NCBI GenBank assembly: GCA_042217375.1
Contig: JBDGSV010000059.1
Coordinates: 1 to 59,901, forward strand
Length of the DNA stretch: 59,901 nt
Reading direction: 5' to 3'
From: Haloarculaceae archaeon
GTDB taxonomy: Archaea > Halobacteriota > Halobacteria > Halobacteriales > Haloarculaceae
In this document: positions 35,120 to 44,000 of the stretch, piece after piece
Position numbering within the stretch: the first letter of the stretch is position 1
How the letters are laid out: each line of letters begins with the position of its first letter
Position numbers and translations under genes: made by a program
The notes under the pieces: model-generated
Databases searched by the model: none
Told to the model about the DNA's origin: nothing
What the model saw: the letters and a program-made list of their open reading frames with translations, nothing else

Positions 35120-35818
35120 TCAGACCCCGAGGTGCCGTTCGAGGAGCGACTCGTCGGCGCGCAGTTCGGCCGGCGTCGACTCGGCGCGGACGCGGCCGTT
35201 CTCCAGGAGGTAGACCCGGTCGGCCAGGTCGAGCGCGAGGTCGACGTGCTGTTCGACGAGGACGATCGTGTACCCCTCGCCGGCCAGGTCGCGGACGGCG
35301 TCGCCGACCTCGGAGACGAGCGCGGGCATCAGGCCCTCGGTCGGTTCGTCCAGCAGGACGAGTTTCGGGTTGCGCACGAGCGCGCGCGCCATGGCGACCA
35401 TCTGTTGCTCGCCGCCGGAGAGCGACCCGGCGCGCTGATCGAGGCGGCCGTCGAGTTGGGGGAACTGGTCGAGCAGCCTGGCCACCCGATCGGGGTCCCA
35501 CGGGCCCGTGCCGGCGCCCATCTGCAGGTTCTCGCGCACCGTCAGGGCGGGAAAGAGGCGCCGGTCCTGTGGCACGTAGCCGACGCCGCGGTTCGCGACG
35601 GTCGACGGCGACGCGCCCGTGACGTCCTCGCCGTCGAGGACGATCCGGCCCGCCCGCGGCGGCGTCAGCCCCATCACCGAGCGGAGGAGCGTCGTCTTGC
35701 CCGCGCCGTTGCGCCCCAGGACGGCGACCACCTCGTCTGCCGCCGCCGACAGGCTCACGTCGAACAGGACGTGGCTCTTCCCGTAGTAGGTGTCGACGTG
35801 CTCGACGGCGAGCATCAC
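35120..35818 (-). CDS. livF: Branched-chain amino acid-type ABC transporter ATP-binding protein (LivF-like), second operon
   Basis: 232 aa with GRNGAGKTT, LSGGEQQ and VLLDEP. Confidence 0.92.
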   Translation of the reverse strand: MMLAVEHVDTYYGKSHVLFDVSLSAAADEVVAVLGRNGAGKTTLLRSVMGLTPPRAGRIVLDGEDVTGASPSTVANRGVGYVPQDRRLFPALTVRENLQMGAGTGPWDPDRVARLLDQFPQLDGRLDQRAGSLSGGEQQMVAMARALVRNPKLVLLDEPTEGLMPALVSEVGDAVRDLAGEGYTIVLVEQHVDLALDLADRVYLLENGRVRAESTPAELRADESLLERHLGV

Positions 35819-36567
35819 GCCGTCGACCTCCCGAAGTAGACCTGCTGGACGCGCTCGTCCCCGCGGACGTCGTCCGGCGAGCCCTCGGCCAGGACCGCGC
35901 CCTGGTGGAGGACCGTCACGCGGTCGGCCAGCCCCATGACGACGTCGACGTCGTGCTCGACGAGCAGGATCGTGTGCTCGGTCCGGAGGTCGTCGATCAG
36001 GTCGCGGATCCGGGCGGTCTCGTCGGCGGCCAGGCCGGCCGTCGGTTCGTCCAGCAGGAGGAGGTCGGGGGCGGCGGCCAGCGCGACCGCGAGTTCGAGC
36101 GTCTTGGCGTCGGCGTGCGAGAGATCGGCGACGGGGACGTCGGCCCGGTCTGCCAGCCCGACCCGCGACAGCAGGTCGGCCACGGCGGCCAGGCCGGCCT
36201 CGTCGTCGCGGTAGCGCCGCACCGGCGAGAGCAGGCGTCGCTGGCCGTTCCGCGCGCCGAGGACGTTCTCGCGCACCGACAGCCCCGGGAAGAGCGTGGT
36301 CACCTGGAAGGCCCGGGCGACGCCGGCGCGGGCGCGCCGGTGGGCCGGCCAGCGGGTGACGTCCGTGCCGTCGAGGTACACCCGGCCCGACGACGGCGCG
36401 AGGTCGCCGGCGAGCAGGCGGAACAGCGTCGTCTTGCCCGCGCCGTTCGGCCCGATGAGCCCGCGGAGTTCTCCCCGGTCGACGGCGATGTCGACGCCGT
36501 CGACGGCGGTGAACTCGTCGAACCGCCTGGTGAGCCCCGCGGTCCTGAGTAGCGGGTCGCTACTCAT
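35815..36567 (-). CDS. livG: Branched-chain amino acid-type ABC transporter ATP-binding protein (LivG-like), second operon
   Basis: C-terminal 250 aa of ORF 35815..37416, starting at the ATG at 36567 (MSSDPLLRTAGLTRRF...). GPNGAGKTT and LLLDEPTAGL. Confidence 0.92.
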   Translation of the reverse strand: MSSDPLLRTAGLTRRFDEFTAVDGVDIAVDRGELRGLIGPNGAGKTTLFRLLAGDLAPSSGRVYLDGTDVTRWPAHRRARAGVARAFQVTTLFPGLSVRENVLGARNGQRRLLSPVRRYRDDEAGLAAVADLLSRVGLADRADVPVADLSHADAKTLELAVALAAAPDLLLLDEPTAGLAADETARIRDLIDDLRTEHTILLVEHDVDVVMGLADRVTVLHQGAVLAEGSPDDVRGDERVQQVYFGRSTA

Positions 36568-37555
36568 CCGCGGACCCCTCCCCGTCGGCGATCCGATCGC
36601 GGACGGCGTCGCGGACGCGTCGGGCGAGGCCGAGCAGGCCCTCGGGTTCGAGGACGACGACCGCGACCAGGAGCGCGCCGACGAACAGCGGGTAGGCGTC
36701 GGTGAGTTCGCTGACGGCGTTCGCGGAGCCCTCGACGAGCGCGGCGCCGAGGACCGCGCCCACGAGCGTCGCGCGCCCGCCGACCAGCGTGTAGATGATG
36801 GGGTCGCCCGAGACCACGAGCGCGAAGTCGTCGGCGCTGACGAACCCCGCGACGTACGTCGAGAGCGCGCCGGCCAGCGCGGCGAACGCGCCGCTGACGA
36901 CGAACGCCGCCAGCTTGTAGGCGGCGACGTTGTACCCGACCGCGCGGGCCCGGCGCTCGTTCTCGCGGACCAGCCGGAAGGCGAGGCCGACCTGCGAGGC
37001 GGCCAGTCGCCGGAGGACGGCGAGCGAGACCGCGAGCACGGCGAGGACGAAGTAGTAGCGCCCGAGCGGGTCGACGAGCGAGACGGACAGGCCGCCCAGC
37101 CGGAGCGGCGGGACGAGGACGGTGAGGCCGTCGGTGCCGCCGGTGAGGCCGGTCCAGGTCGTCGCGGCGAGGTGGGCGACGAGCGCGAGCAGGATGGTGA
37201 CGATGACGAACCCGTGGGAGGCGACCCGGACCGCGACCACGCCGAGCACCACGGCGGCGACGCTGCCCGCGACCAGCGCGGCCAGGAGGCCGACGAGCGG
37301 ACCGCCGCCCAGGGTCCGGAGCGCGAGCGTCGCGGCGTAGGCGCCGACGCCGAAGAACACCGAGTGGCCGATCGAGAGCTGGCCGGTGTAGCCGTAGAGG
37401 AGGTCGAAGGCGGCACCGAACAGGCCGAGCGCGAGGATCGAGGCCGCGAGGTACAGCCCGAACGGCCCGAGGACCAGCGGCGCGGCCGCGGCCGCGAGGA
37501 GCGCGACCGCCCAGCCGGCCCACTGCCAGCGGCCGTCGGTCGGGAGGCGGGTCAC
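36560..37555 (-). CDS. livM: ABC transporter permease (LivM-like), second operon
   Basis: 331 aa polytopic with GYTGQLSIGHSVFFGVGAY. Confidence 0.9.
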   Translation of the reverse strand: MTRLPTDGRWQWAGWAVALLAAAAAPLVLGPFGLYLAASILALGLFGAAFDLLYGYTGQLSIGHSVFFGVGAYAATLALRTLGGGPLVGLLAALVAGSVAAVVLGVVAVRVASHGFVIVTILLALVAHLAATTWTGLTGGTDGLTVLVPPLRLGGLSVSLVDPLGRYYFVLAVLAVSLAVLRRLAASQVGLAFRLVRENERRARAVGYNVAAYKLAAFVVSGAFAALAGALSTYVAGFVSADDFALVVSGDPIIYTLVGGRATLVGAVLGAALVEGSANAVSELTDAYPLFVGALLVAVVVLEPEGLLGLARRVRDAVRDRIADGEGSADE

Positions 37556-38409
37556 GTCGTCACCTCTCCGAACAGTCCCTCCGGCCGGACGAGGACGAAG
37601 GCGATCATCGCGACGAGCGTGAGGACGCGGGCCTCGACGGGCGGGACGGCGACGGTGGCCAGGTTCTCGACGAGCGCGTAGACGAGACTGGCCACCAGCA
37701 CGCCGCGCATCGAGCCGAGGCCGCCGACGATGACCACGATGAACGCGACCGCGAGGACGTCCAGGCCCATCAGGTGGTTCGCGCTCACGATGGGGACGAG
37801 CAGGACGCCCGCGAGCGCGGCGAGGCCGGCGCCCAGCCCGAACGTGAACATGTAGACCCGCGAGGTGGGCACGCCCATGGCGGCGGCAGTCTCGCGGTCC
37901 TGCCGAACGCCGCGCATCCAGAGGCCGTGACGGGTCGACCGGAGGAAGAGGTGGAGGAGTCCGACCAGGCCGAGCGAGGCGAGCGCGACGAGGAGCCGGT
38001 ACCCCGAGTAGGAGACGCCACCGATCGCGACGGTGACGTCGATCGGCGCCGGAACGGCCCGCGTTCCCGGCCCGAACCAGACGAGCGCGGCGTGCTCGAA
38101 GACGAGCATCAGCCCGAAGGTGGCGATCAGCGAGGTCGAGAGGTCGTCCTCGACCGGCCGGAGGACGAGCCGCTCGGTGGCGACGCCGAGCGCGCCGACC
38201 GCCAGCGGCGCGACCACGAGCGCGAGCAGGAAGCTCCCCGTCGCGCCGACGAGGACCGCGGTCGCGACTGCGCCCAGCATGTAGAGCGCGCCGTGAGACA
38301 TGTTGACGACTTCGAGCAGGCCGAAGATCAGGTTCAGCCCCAGGGCGATGAGCGCGACTGCCAGCCCCCAGGTGAGCCCGTTCAACAGCGCGACCGCGAG
38401 ACTGGGCAT
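37552..38409 (-). CDS. livH: ABC transporter permease (LivH-like), second operon
   Basis: C-terminal 285 aa of ORF 37552..39675, from the ATG at 38409 (MPSLAVALLNG...). VVNMSHGALYMLGA. Confidence 0.9.
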   Translation of the reverse strand: MPSLAVALLNGLTWGLAVALIALGLNLIFGLLEVVNMSHGALYMLGAVATAVLVGATGSFLLALVVAPLAVGALGVATERLVLRPVEDDLSTSLIATFGLMLVFEHAALVWFGPGTRAVPAPIDVTVAIGGVSYSGYRLLVALASLGLVGLLHLFLRSTRHGLWMRGVRQDRETAAAMGVPTSRVYMFTFGLGAGLAALAGVLLVPIVSANHLMGLDVLAVAFIVVIVGGLGSMRGVLVASLVYALVENLATVAVPPVEARVLTLVAMIAFVLVRPEGLFGEVTT

Positions 38410-39668
38410 CAGAACGACTGCTGGGTGAGGTCCACTCTGGCCGGGAACGTCGTCTCGTCCGCCGCGCGCTTCTCCGCGACCGTGAGCGCGCCGTCCTGGA
38501 TGCGTTCGACGAACATGTCCATGAACGCCTGGTGGTCCTGCCCCCGGAAGTACTTGGGCCCCTGCGGGTAGGCGTCGCTCGCTTCGACGGACGGCCCCTG
38601 CTCGAACCACTTCACGAACGCCTGGTGGTCGTCCGGCGACGTCCAGCCGGTCGCCTCGATCGCGTCGGCGATCCAGGAGAGCGCCTCGTAGGAGACGAAG
38701 TAGTGACCGCCGTTGAGCACCTGGTCGGTCTCGTCGACGCGCGCGACCGACCGGAGGTGGCGGTTGTACTCGTTGTCGAACTCCTCCAGGCGGCGGGGGA
38801 GCATCGTCACGTAGGCCGCGCCTTCGGCGCCCGCGCCGAGCGAACTGATGTCGACGCCCTCGACGGAGGCGATGGGGCCGAGCCGCGCGCCCGGAACGTC
38901 GAGTTGCGCGCTCTGGTCCAGGAAGTTGAGCGCCGACGACCCGATGAGCGCGTTGAACAGCACCTCGGTCCCGTCGGGGACGCGGTTGAGGTGCGAGGAG
39001 AGGTCGCTCGTCCCCACCTCCACGGGGATGGCCTGGAGGACCTCTCCGCCCTGCTTCTCGACGTGGGTTCTGATCGCCTGGAGGTACTGCTTCCCGAAGG
39101 AGTAGTTCTGGTAGACCACCGTCCACTTCTTCCCGAGGTTCGACAGCCCGTACTCGGTGGCGACGATGGCCGCCGAGGTGACGTTGTGGTTGTTCCGGAC
39201 CACCCAGCGGTTGGCGTCCGAACCAGTGATCGACGGCGCCTCGCCGATCGGGAAGTACGGCGTCTGGAGCTGTTTCGCCAGCGGGTTGGTGGCGATGGAG
39301 ACGCCCGAGGACTGGGAGCCGATGACGAAGTCGCAGTCGTTCTGCTGGGCGAGTTTGCGGAACGCCGCGACCCCCTGCTTCGAGGAGGTGGCGGTGTCCT
39401 CGACGAACAGTTTCACGTCGCGGCCGCCGATGCCGCCGTTCGAGTTCAATTCGTCGACGTACCCGCGCAGGACGCGACGGTGCCAGAAGCCGTAACTGGC
39501 CAGCGCGCCCGTCAAGTCGGCCTGCAGACCGACGCGGATCGGGTCGCGCCCCGGCGTCCCGGTCGGCGTGCCCTGCGTGCCCTGCGTGCCCTGCGAGCAA
39601 CCGGCGAGTCCGGCGGCCCCGACGGCCCCGAGCCCCCGGAGCGCGTCGCGACGGGAGATACCAGTCAT
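38409..39668 (-). CDS. ABC transporter substrate-binding lipoprotein (PBP type 1; amino acid/amide type), Tat signal + lipobox
   Basis: Start set to the ATG at 39668 (MTGISRRDALRGLGAVGAAGLAGCS...). Twin-arginine motif, lipobox LAGC, and a Thr/Gly/Gln linker. Confidence 0.88.
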   Translation of the reverse strand: MTGISRRDALRGLGAVGAAGLAGCSQGTQGTQGTPTGTPGRDPIRVGLQADLTGALASYGFWHRRVLRGYVDELNSNGGIGGRDVKLFVEDTATSSKQGVAAFRKLAQQNDCDFVIGSQSSGVSIATNPLAKQLQTPYFPIGEAPSITGSDANRWVVRNNHNVTSAAIVATEYGLSNLGKKWTVVYQNYSFGKQYLQAIRTHVEKQGGEVLQAIPVEVGTSDLSSHLNRVPDGTEVLFNALIGSSALNFLDQSAQLDVPGARLGPIASVEGVDISSLGAGAEGAAYVTMLPRRLEEFDNEYNRHLRSVARVDETDQVLNGGHYFVSYEALSWIADAIEATGWTSPDDHQAFVKWFEQGPSVEASDAYPQGPKYFRGQDHQAFMDMFVERIQDGALTVAEKRAADETTFPARVDLTQQSF

Positions 39669-39770
39669 CGTCCACCCCAACCGTACCAGTGCACTTCGAC
39701 GAACCGAACCATCGTTGGCGCCTGTTATCGACTCACCCACCTAAAAGTTACTAAACGGCAACAGACGGTG

Positions 39771-39797
39771 GTTTTGAAGGAATTTTCTCTTCAAAGC
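39771..39797. promoter_or_regulatory. AT-rich hairpin/palindrome GTTTTGAAG-(9 nt)-CTTCAAAGC
   Basis: Read directly: 9-bp stem (one G-T), 9-nt loop, in the 370-nt divergent region between the second ABC operon and the wHTH regulator gene. Confidence 0.35.
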
Positions 39798-40038
39798 TGC
39801 GCGCCGGCCCGCACCACGCCAGCGGGTAGACGCGCCTTGTCGGGCCGCTCCGGGACTAATCCTCCGTTTCGAGACATGACGGGGCCGGGTCGCGGCGGCC
39901 CCCGGACCGACGGCGGCACTGCGTGCCGGCCGTCCCGCGGACTAGGCCGCACTTCCTGTCAGACAGACGTCTGGTCGGCGCGTGAACGAAGCGGACGCTT
40001 TTTGTCCGGAATCGTGGATGTGGACGCTCCGGAGAGCG

Positions 40039-40860
40039 ATGTCACGACACGGCCCGGCCGCGGCAGACCAGCGGAGCGAGTTCGAGCGGCGGCTGGAGGA
40101 GGTGTCGTTCCTCGCCGGGTCGACCTGTCGCGTCCGGCTGCTGTCGGTCCTCGCCCGGCGGGGGCGTCTGACGCGCGACGAACTCCGGGATGTGGCCGAC
40201 GCCTCGCGGACGACCGTCCAGCGGAACCTCGACGCGCTGGAGGAGCGGGGGTGGATCGCCAGTTCGGCCCGGGAGTACCGGGCCACGCCGTGTGGCGCTC
40301 TCGTCGTCGAAGAGCTGTGCGGCCTCCTGGAGACGGTCGGGGTCGCAGTCCAGTTGCAGACCGGCCTCCAGTGGCTGCCGCGCGGCGCACTCGACTTCGA
40401 CCTCCGGCACCTGGCCGACGCGCGGGTGACCGTCGCCACCGCCAGCGACCCGTACGCGCCGGTCAACCGGTACGCACAGACGCTCGAAGCGGCCACCCGG
40501 TTCCGCGGCGTCGTCTCGTCGGTCGGGTTCGACGCGCTCCGCACTGTCGACGGGACCGCAGACAGGGACTGGACGGTCGTCCTCGACGCCGACGCGCTGG
40601 AGACGCTCCAGACGACCGCCGCGTACGCCGCGGCGTTCGCGTCGTCGGTCCAGGCGGAGAGCGTCGACCTCTACGTCTACGGCGGGGGCGTCCCGTTCTC
40701 GCTCGGCCTCGTCGACGGGCGGGTCGAGATCGGCGTCGAGGACGACGAGGGGATGCCGCGCGCGCTGATCGAGACCGAGTCCGAGCGCGTCAGGGAGTGG
40801 GCGGCGGAGACCGTCGCGGACTACCGCCAGCAGGCCGAGCGGTACGACCCGGCGGGCTGA
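40039..40860 (+). CDS. wHTH transcriptional regulator with C-terminal DUF1724/FilR1-middle-like domain
   Basis: Start chosen at the ATG at 40039 (MSRHGPAAADQRSEFERRLEEV...); alternatives at 39982 and 40018. ArsR-like wHTH (RVRLLSVLARRGRLTRDELRDVADASRTTVQRNLDALEERGWI), then about 170 aa typical of this archaeal regulator class. Confidence 0.8.
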   Translation: MSRHGPAAADQRSEFERRLEEVSFLAGSTCRVRLLSVLARRGRLTRDELRDVADASRTTVQRNLDALEERGWIASSAREYRATPCGALVVEELCGLLETVGVAVQLQTGLQWLPRGALDFDLRHLADARVTVATASDPYAPVNRYAQTLEAATRFRGVVSSVGFDALRTVDGTADRDWTVVLDADALETLQTTAAYAAAFASSVQAESVDLYVYGGGVPFSLGLVDGRVEIGVEDDEGMPRALIETESERVREWAAETVADYRQQAERYDPAG

Positions 40861-41028
40861 CACCGCCGGCCCCGTCGGGACGGTCGGCGGCCGCGTTCGT
40901 CCTCGCGGACAGTCGTCGACGCGGGCCGTGGTCCGGGACGCGGGCCGCACGCCGTGCGCCCCCCGAACGGCGTGCGACGCACACAGTAACGGCCGGGAAC
41001 GTCGTCAGGCCCACAGACGTGAGTTCGA

Positions 41029-44000
41029 ATGACGAGAGCGAGCGAGCGCCGGGCCCACGACGGGCCCCGGCTCCGACGTGCGGTGGCGGTGTGTCTCGCC
41101 CTGGCGACAGTCTGTAGCGCGTCGCTCGCCGGCGCCGCGGTCGCCGCACCCGGCGACGGGGGCCCGGCGGCGATCCCGGGTGCGGACCGCGATCCGGCGC
41201 TGGGTCAGGACGCGCCCCGGCAGCAGCAGTCGGCGCGCGAGGCGGCGCGGCGCGGCGTCGACCAGGCGGTCGAACTGGTCCAGTCCCAGGGCGTGTCGGT
41301 CACCCAGTCCCAGATCCAGGCGGCCAAACGCGGGGCCGTCGCGGCGGTCGAGCAGCGCCAGACCGTGACCGCCCGGCAGGCCCAGCGGGCCGCGTTCGGG
41401 GGCGCGCACGGGTCGCTCGTCCAGTCCCAGTCCGTCGAGGCAGCGCAGGTCCAGGCGGCCGTCCGGGGGAGCGTGACGGGCGCGCTCGGACAGGCCCAGT
41501 CCGTCCGGGCCACGCAGCTCCAGGCGGCGGCCTACGGCGCCGCGCACGGGTCGATCGCCCAGTCCCAGCGCGTCTCGGTCGAGCAGGTGCAGCTCGTGGC
41601 GGAGGGCGCGGCCGCGGGGGCCGCCCGCGGCGCCGGGAAGCGAGGCGTCTCGGCGGTGCCGAAGATCCAGGAGGCCGCACAGGGCGGGGCGTACGGAGCG
41701 CTCGACCGGGCGGGGGCGGTCCAGAAGGCCCGCGGCGCGGCCAGGGGGGCGGCGGAGGGCGCGCTCCAGCAGGTGCAGTCGGTCGACCTGAAGCAGGTGC
41801 AGGTGGCGGCGCTCGGCGGGGCGAAGGGCGGGATGGCACAGAGCCAGCGGGCGACGGTCAAGCAGGTCCAGGCGGCCAGTTTCGGCGGCGCGCACGGGGC
41901 CATCACCCAGAGCCAGCGGGTGACCATCGAACAGATCCAGGTGGCCGCGGCGGCCGCGGCGTCCGGGTCGCTCTCGCAGAGCCAGCGCGCGTCGGTCACG
42001 CAGATCCGGTCGGTCGCCCGCGGCGCGTGCGAGGGCGTGCTGACCCAGGTGACCCAGGTCCAGATCGTGACCGTCGTCCAGATACAGGTGTACGTCGAGT
42101 CGGCCGCCGCGGGTGCGGTGAAAGACGCCGTCGACCGGAGTCTGACCCGTGCGGGCGACGTCTACCGCATCTCGCGGCAGACGGGGGCGTCCCGGACCGT
42201 CCGGCGCGACGACTCGGACCGCGACGGGCTCGCCGACGACCAGGAGCGGCTGATCAGCACCGACCCGAACCGCGTCGACACCGACGGCGACGGCCTCAAC
42301 GACGGCACGGAGGTGCTGGTCGAGCAGACCGACCCGCTGGCCGTCGACACCGACGGCGACGGCCTCCGCGACGGCGAGGAGGTGGCCCGCGGGACCGACC
42401 CCACCGACCCCGACACCGACGGGGACGGCCGCGACGACGGCCAGGAGGTCGCGGAGGGCTCGAACCCGCGCGACCCGAACGACCCGGCCCGGACCGACCG
42501 GGACCGCGACGGCCTCACCGACGACCAGGAGCGGCGGCGCGGGACCGACCCCACCGACCCCGACACGGACCGGGACCGGCTCCGCGACGGCGAGGAGGCC
42601 CGACTGTACGGCTCGAACCCGCTCCGGACCGACACCGACCGCGACGGCCTCGACGACGGCCGCGAGGTCGCACTCGACACGTCGCCGACCGACCCGGACA
42701 CCGACGGCGACGGCATCACCGACGGCCGCGAGGTGGCCCGGGGGACCGACCCGCTCGATCCCGCCGACCCGGAGCCGCCCGACGCGGACGACGACGGCCT
42801 CGGCGACGACGCCGAGCGCCGGATCGGCACCGACCCCCGCGACCCGGACACCGACGGCGACGCGCTCCGCGACGGCCAGGAGGTCGAGCGGTTCACCGAC
42901 CCGCTCGATCCGGACACCGACGGCGACGGCATCGCCGACGGCGCGGAGGTCGAGAACGGGACCGACCCGCTCGACCCGAACGACCCGGTCCAGACAGACA
43001 CCGACGGCGACGGTCTCACCGACGAGAACGAGAGCGTCCTCGGGACGAACGCGACGAATCCCGACACCGACGGCGACGGCCTCGACGACGGGCAGGAGGT
43101 CGCGGCCGGGACCGACCCGCTCGACCCGAACGACCCGTCGCAGGTCCGGCCGCTGGCGGTGGCCGTCGCGTGCGAGAACGTCACCGTCACGAACCCGAAC
43201 GGCCTGCCGGTGACGGTGACCGTCACGGACGCGGGCGGCGAGTCCCGGCGGCAGGGCGTCGCGGCGGGCGAGCGTCGGCAGGTGGTCGACGCCGCCGGGA
43301 ACTACGCGCTCGCGGCGGCGACGGGCGACGGGACGACGGTGCCCCTGGCGAACGAGACCGCCTCGGTGCCGGCGTGCCCGGCGACCGCCCAGAGCCTCAC
43401 CGTCGTCGAGGGCGACCGGAACGTCTCGCTGCGGAACGCGAACGACCGGCCCGTGACGGTCGCGGTGCGCCCGGAGACCGGCCCCGCGACGAACGTGACG
43501 GTCCCGGCCAACGGGAGCGCGGCCCCGGACCTCGCCCCCGGCACCTACACCCTCACCGCGGCGACCGAGGACGGCACGCTCGTCCCGCTCAACGGCGAGT
43601 CCGAACTGGTCGTGGCGGTCGGGCCGCCGGGAGAGGCGTCCGCCCGCGTCGAGAACGACACCCTCACCATCGAGAATCCCGGTGAGGCGCCTCTCACGGC
43701 CACGATCGCCGACGAGACCGGCGGCGAGCAGACGCTCGTCGTCCCGGCCGGCGGGAACGCGACCGCGACGCTCGCGCCCGGGGACTACACACTCACCGCC
43801 ACCGCCGCGAACGAGACCGTCCCCGTGAACGGGAACGACTCCTTCGCCTTCCGGATCGAGGCGACCGGCTCGCCGACCCCGACTGGTTCGCCGACCCCGA
43901 CCGGCTCACCGACGCCGCCCGGTTCGCCGACGCCGACTGGCCTGAACGCCACCGTCGCGAACGAGACCCTCACGCTCCGGAACCCCGGCGAGGCGAGCGT

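Noticed and set aside
39964-39973. The CAGACGTCTG / CGTCAGACG-type palindromes recur in several spacers (18.9 kb, 39.96 kb, 52.80 kb), which hints at a shared regulatory motif.
   Set aside because: The common core is only 7-9 nt and GC-rich, and similar strings occur inside genes (for example near 8931). Chance occurrence in a GC-rich 60-kb window is plausible. Only the clustered copies at 18.9 kb were kept as a finding.
41016-41028. GAGTTCGAATGA just upstream of the giant gene, resembling the GTTCGAAT T-loop of a tRNA.
   Set aside because: The flanking bases cannot form a T-stem (GTGAG vs GACGA), and no acceptor or anticodon arms are discernible. I found no other tRNA-like T-arm in the intergenic regions I read.
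38532-41117. 861-aa plus-strand ORF, together with 11172..13655 (827 aa, minus strand) and the N-terminal extensions of ORFs 8171..10012, 35815..37416, 37552..39675, 47710..49545 and 51649..54303.
   Set aside because: All have Arg/Pro/Gly-rich composition. They are antisense or out of frame to well-supported genes. In the extended ORFs only the C-terminal parts, from internal ATG codons that I verified in the DNA, look like real proteins.
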